Positions 61,270 through 64,000 of a stretch of DNA of 64,000 nt are shown here, in pieces (position 1 is the stretch's first letter; every line of letters starts with the position of its first letter). The notes under the pieces are model-generated. The model was not told the origin of the DNA. It was given only the letters and a program-made list of their open reading frames with translations, and did no database searches. The DNA is taken from contig JAYQVH010000005.1 of assembly GCA_038148375.1 (NCBI GenBank), positions 43,441 to 107,440 of the forward strand. Reading direction: 5' to 3'. The translations under genes and the position numbers were made by a program. The stretch is from Rhodospirillaceae bacterium. GTDB taxonomy: Bacteria; Pseudomonadota; Alphaproteobacteria; Rhodospirillales; Rhodospirillaceae.

Positions 61270-63411
61270 ATGCTGCGCCAATTTGAATTGGTTGAGCGGG
61301 TAAAGTCTTACGACCCCAATGCGGACGAAGACGCCATCAACCGTGCCTACGTCTACGCCATGAAAATGCACGGCTCGCAAATGCGGGCCTCGGGCGACCC
61401 GTATTTCTCGCATCCGATCGAGGTTGCGGGCATCCTCACCAACTACCGTTTGGACTCCGCCTCCATAGTCACCGCGCTGCTGCACGACACCGTTGAGGAC
61501 ACCGGCGCGACGACCGAGGACATTACCAAAATGTTCGGGGAAGAGGTTGCCAAACTTGTTGACGGCGTCACAAAGCTGACCCGCATTCAGCTGCAAAACG
61601 TTGAGGCCAAGCAGGCGGAGAACTTCCGCAAGCTCCTGGTGGCGATGTCGGAAGACATTCGCGTGCTGCTCGTTAAACTGGCCGACCGTCTGCATAACAT
61701 GCGCACCCTGAACCACATCAAGAAAGCCGACAAACGCAAGGCCATCGCACTTGAGACCATGGAAATCTATGCTCCCTTGGCCGAGCGCCTCGGGATGCAG
61801 GAGATCAAGACCGAGCTGGAGGATCTGTCGTTCGCTGAACTCCACCCGGAAGCGCGCGCGTCGATCCTGACCCGGTTACGCTACCTGGAACGGGAAGGGG
61901 GTGATCTGGTCGGGCGCATCATGGATGAACTGGATCAAACCATTCGTGAGTCCGGGCTGACCGGATACGTCTCCGGCCGCGAAAAAACGCCCTATTCGAT
62001 CTGGCGCAAGATGCAGATCAAGGATGTCAGCTTCGAGCAGCTCTCGGACATCATGGCGTTCCGCATCATGGTCGAAAATCAGGAAGACTGTTACCGAGCC
62101 CTGGGCGTGATTCACACCACCTACCGCACTGTGCCCGGCCGGTTTAAGGATCATATCTCGACGCCGAAACGAAACGGCTACCAGTCCATCCACACCAGCG
62201 TCATCGGTCCGGCACGCCACCGCATTGAAATTCAGATCCGCACCCATCGCATGCATGAAATTGCTGAACTGGGTGTCGCCGCGCACTGGCAATACAAGCA
62301 GGGCGTCACACCCGTCGCCGGCAATCAGTACAGCTGGTTGCGCGAACTCCTGGACATCATGGAGCATGCGCAGTCGCCGCAGGAGTTTCTGGAACACACC
62401 AAGCTGGAAATGTTCCAGGACCAAGTGTTCTGTTTTACGCCGAAGGGCGAGTTGATCACCTTGCCGCGCGGCGCCAGTCCAGTTGATTTTGCTTACGCGG
62501 TGCACACGGAGATCGGCAATACCTGTGTCGGTGCAAAGGTGAACGGACGTATCGTCCCGTTGAGGGTCGAATTGCACACCGGCGATCAGGTCGAGATCGT
62601 CACCTCGAAAGGTCAAAAGCCGTCTCCCGAATGGGAAGGTTTCATAGTGACTGGCAAAGCCCGGGCGCACATCCGCCGGCGCATCCGGATGGACGCCCAC
62701 AATGAGTACGCCAAGCTCGGCAAGGAGATCCTGGCCAAGATGTTCGAAAAAGAAGGCTACGATCTGACCTCCGACGGACTCACCGAGGCAAGTGACAAAC
62801 TCGGCTGTGCAGATAAAAATGAGATATATGCGGGTGTCGGTGAGGGCCGTTTGATGGCACGGCAGGTATTGGAGGCCGTCTATCCCGGCATCCGGTCGCA
62901 CGGAGAGACCAAAGTCGTCAACTTCGCGAGCGCCCGCGGCAAAGCCGATGGGGCCGAGAAATCAGCCATCCCGATCAAAGGCCTCACGCCGGGTATGGCC
63001 GTACATTTGTCGGAATGCTGTCATCCGCTACCCGGCGACCGGATTGTTGGGATTCTCATGCCCGGCAAGGGGGTCGACATACATGCGATCGATTGTGAGT
63101 CCCTTGTTCCATTCTCAGATGAAACGGAGCGGTGGCTGGACGTCGTTTGGGACACCAACAAAGTCGGCAACATGCATCTCGGCCGGGTCAATTTGATCGT
63201 CTTGAACGAACCGGGGAGTCTGGGGGCGCTGTCGACAGTCATCGCCCAGAACGGCGGCAATATTTCGAACTTGAAGATCGCTAGCCGCTCAAACGATTTT
63301 TTCGAGATGGACCTCGACATTGAGGTCACAGGTGTGAAGCATTTAACGAACATTATTGCGGCGTTGCGCGCATCCCCGGCCGTCAATTCGGTAGAGCGCG
63401 CGCGCGGATAG
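61270..63411 (+). CDS. spoT: bifunctional (p)ppGpp synthetase/hydrolase (RSH family)
   Basis: 713 aa with an HD domain (HPIEVAGIL, LLHDTVEDT), a RelA/SpoT synthetase domain, then TGS and ACT domains. Confidence 0.95.
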   Translation: MLRQFELVERVKSYDPNADEDAINRAYVYAMKMHGSQMRASGDPYFSHPIEVAGILTNYRLDSASIVTALLHDTVEDTGATTEDITKMFGEEVAKLVDGVTKLTRIQLQNVEAKQAENFRKLLVAMSEDIRVLLVKLADRLHNMRTLNHIKKADKRKAIALETMEIYAPLAERLGMQEIKTELEDLSFAELHPEARASILTRLRYLEREGGDLVGRIMDELDQTIRESGLTGYVSGREKTPYSIWRKMQIKDVSFEQLSDIMAFRIMVENQEDCYRALGVIHTTYRTVPGRFKDHISTPKRNGYQSIHTSVIGPARHRIEIQIRTHRMHEIAELGVAAHWQYKQGVTPVAGNQYSWLRELLDIMEHAQSPQEFLEHTKLEMFQDQVFCFTPKGELITLPRGASPVDFAYAVHTEIGNTCVGAKVNGRIVPLRVELHTGDQVEIVTSKGQKPSPEWEGFIVTGKARAHIRRRIRMDAHNEYAKLGKEILAKMFEKEGYDLTSDGLTEASDKLGCADKNEIYAGVGEGRLMARQVLEAVYPGIRSHGETKVVNFASARGKADGAEKSAIPIKGLTPGMAVHLSECCHPLPGDRIVGILMPGKGVDIHAIDCESLVPFSDETERWLDVVWDTNKVGNMHLGRVNLIVLNEPGSLGALSTVIAQNGGNISNLKIASRSNDFFEMDLDIEVTGVKHLTNIIAALRASPAVNSVERARG

Positions 63412-63425
63412 GAGACCTGGCAGAG

Positions 63426-64000
63426 ATGTTTCGCAGCCGGGCAAGGCCGTCCGTTTTATCCCTAATCACCAAGGTTGTTTGGCCAAAATCGGGCTGGCGG
63501 CGCGCGGGTGGATATCTGATGCACCGGCTACATCGCTTGCCGGGCACGCCTTATTCGATAGCGGCGGGTCTGGCTAGCGGCGTCGCCATGTCGATGACTC
63601 CGTTTATCGGCGTGCATTTTTTTATGGCCGGCGGCTTGGCCTGGCTTATCCGCGGTAACGTTCTCGCCTCCGCCTTCGGCACGATTGCTGGCAACCCGTG
63701 GACATTTCCCGTGATCTGGATCTCGAGCCACCGGATTGGCACATGGATGCTGGGGGAAGAGTCGGCAGCCGCCGCCGGAGGGCACAACTTCAGCGACATG
63801 TTTTCGGCTCTGGTGCGGTCGCTGATCGAAGGCGATGGCGACTTGTTTCTCGATCAGGTGTGGCCCGTGTGGTGGCCGATGATTCTCGGCTGCATACCGT
63901 TGACCCTGATCGCCTGGATAGGTGTCTATACCCTGTTCTATCGTCCGATTGAGGTGTATCAGGTTCGGCGGCGGGCGAAGCGCCTGTCGCGTCAACAGCA
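63426..64000 (+). CDS. DUF2062-family membrane protein (3' end beyond the window)
   Basis: Absent from the ORF track (no stop in the window). My own translation from the ATG at 63426 gives MFRSRARPSVLSLITKVVWPKSGWRRAGGYLMHRLHRLPGTPYSIAAGLASGVAMSMTPFIGVHFFMAGGLAWLIRGNVLASAFGTIAGNPWTFP... and stays open to position 64000. Confidence 0.7.
   Translation, partial: MFRSRARPSVLSLITKVVWPKSGWRRAGGYLMHRLHRLPGTPYSIAAGLASGVAMSMTPFIGVHFFMAGGLAWLIRGNVLASAFGTIAGNPWTFPVIWISSHRIGTWMLGEESAAAAGGHNFSDMFSALVRSLIEGDGDLFLDQVWPVWWPMILGCIPLTLIAWIGVYTLFYRPIEVYQVRRRAKRLSRQQ

Overview
This is a GC-rich chromosomal segment with alphaproteobacterial-type gene order. All calls rest on reading the supplied translations, my own translation of regions missing from the ORF track, and motif recognition. 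No database or HMM search was run.

The window has three parts:
- **Left flank (1-8525), housekeeping:** trpE (partial), ppiD, tpiA, secG, pyrG, kdsA, eno.
- **Right flank (40968-64000), housekeeping:** ftsB, pdhA, pdhB, pdhC, lpdA, lipA, an SRPBCC/RatA-like gene, cinA, pgpA, an M23 peptidase with bactofilin, slt, dapA, smpB, then a few accessory enzymes, then a UDG gene, an NYN-domain gene, folK, rpoZ, spoT and a partial DUF2062 gene.
- **Accessory segment (about 32.4 kb, 8547-40967),** with no visible integrase, transposase or tRNA. It holds:
  - a TPR/GT9-like protein;
  - a TPP-riboswitch thiC operon that also carries two exported proteins;
  - a Tat-signal FAD oxidoreductase operon;
  - four paralogous genes for Tat-signal class I methyltransferases, three in tandem and one separated by a 5.5 kb block;
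  - that 5.5 kb block itself: pfk, an AMP/thymidine-phosphorylase-like gene, a Prs-like gene and a beta-CASP MBL gene;
  - two very acidic exported hypothetical proteins;
  - an ECF sigma / FecR / TonB-dependent transducer module;
  - an MFS / Rieske oxygenase / hydrolase group.

The strongest candidate for something undescribed is the four-member family of apparently Tat-exported SAM-type methyltransferases, each carrying an unassigned N-terminal domain of about 170 aa.

Three genes carry a single in-frame stop codon: a CheY-like receiver, the ECF sigma factor and the TonB-dependent transducer. Homology continues in the same frame after each stop.

No rRNA, tRNA, CRISPR array or mobile element was found.
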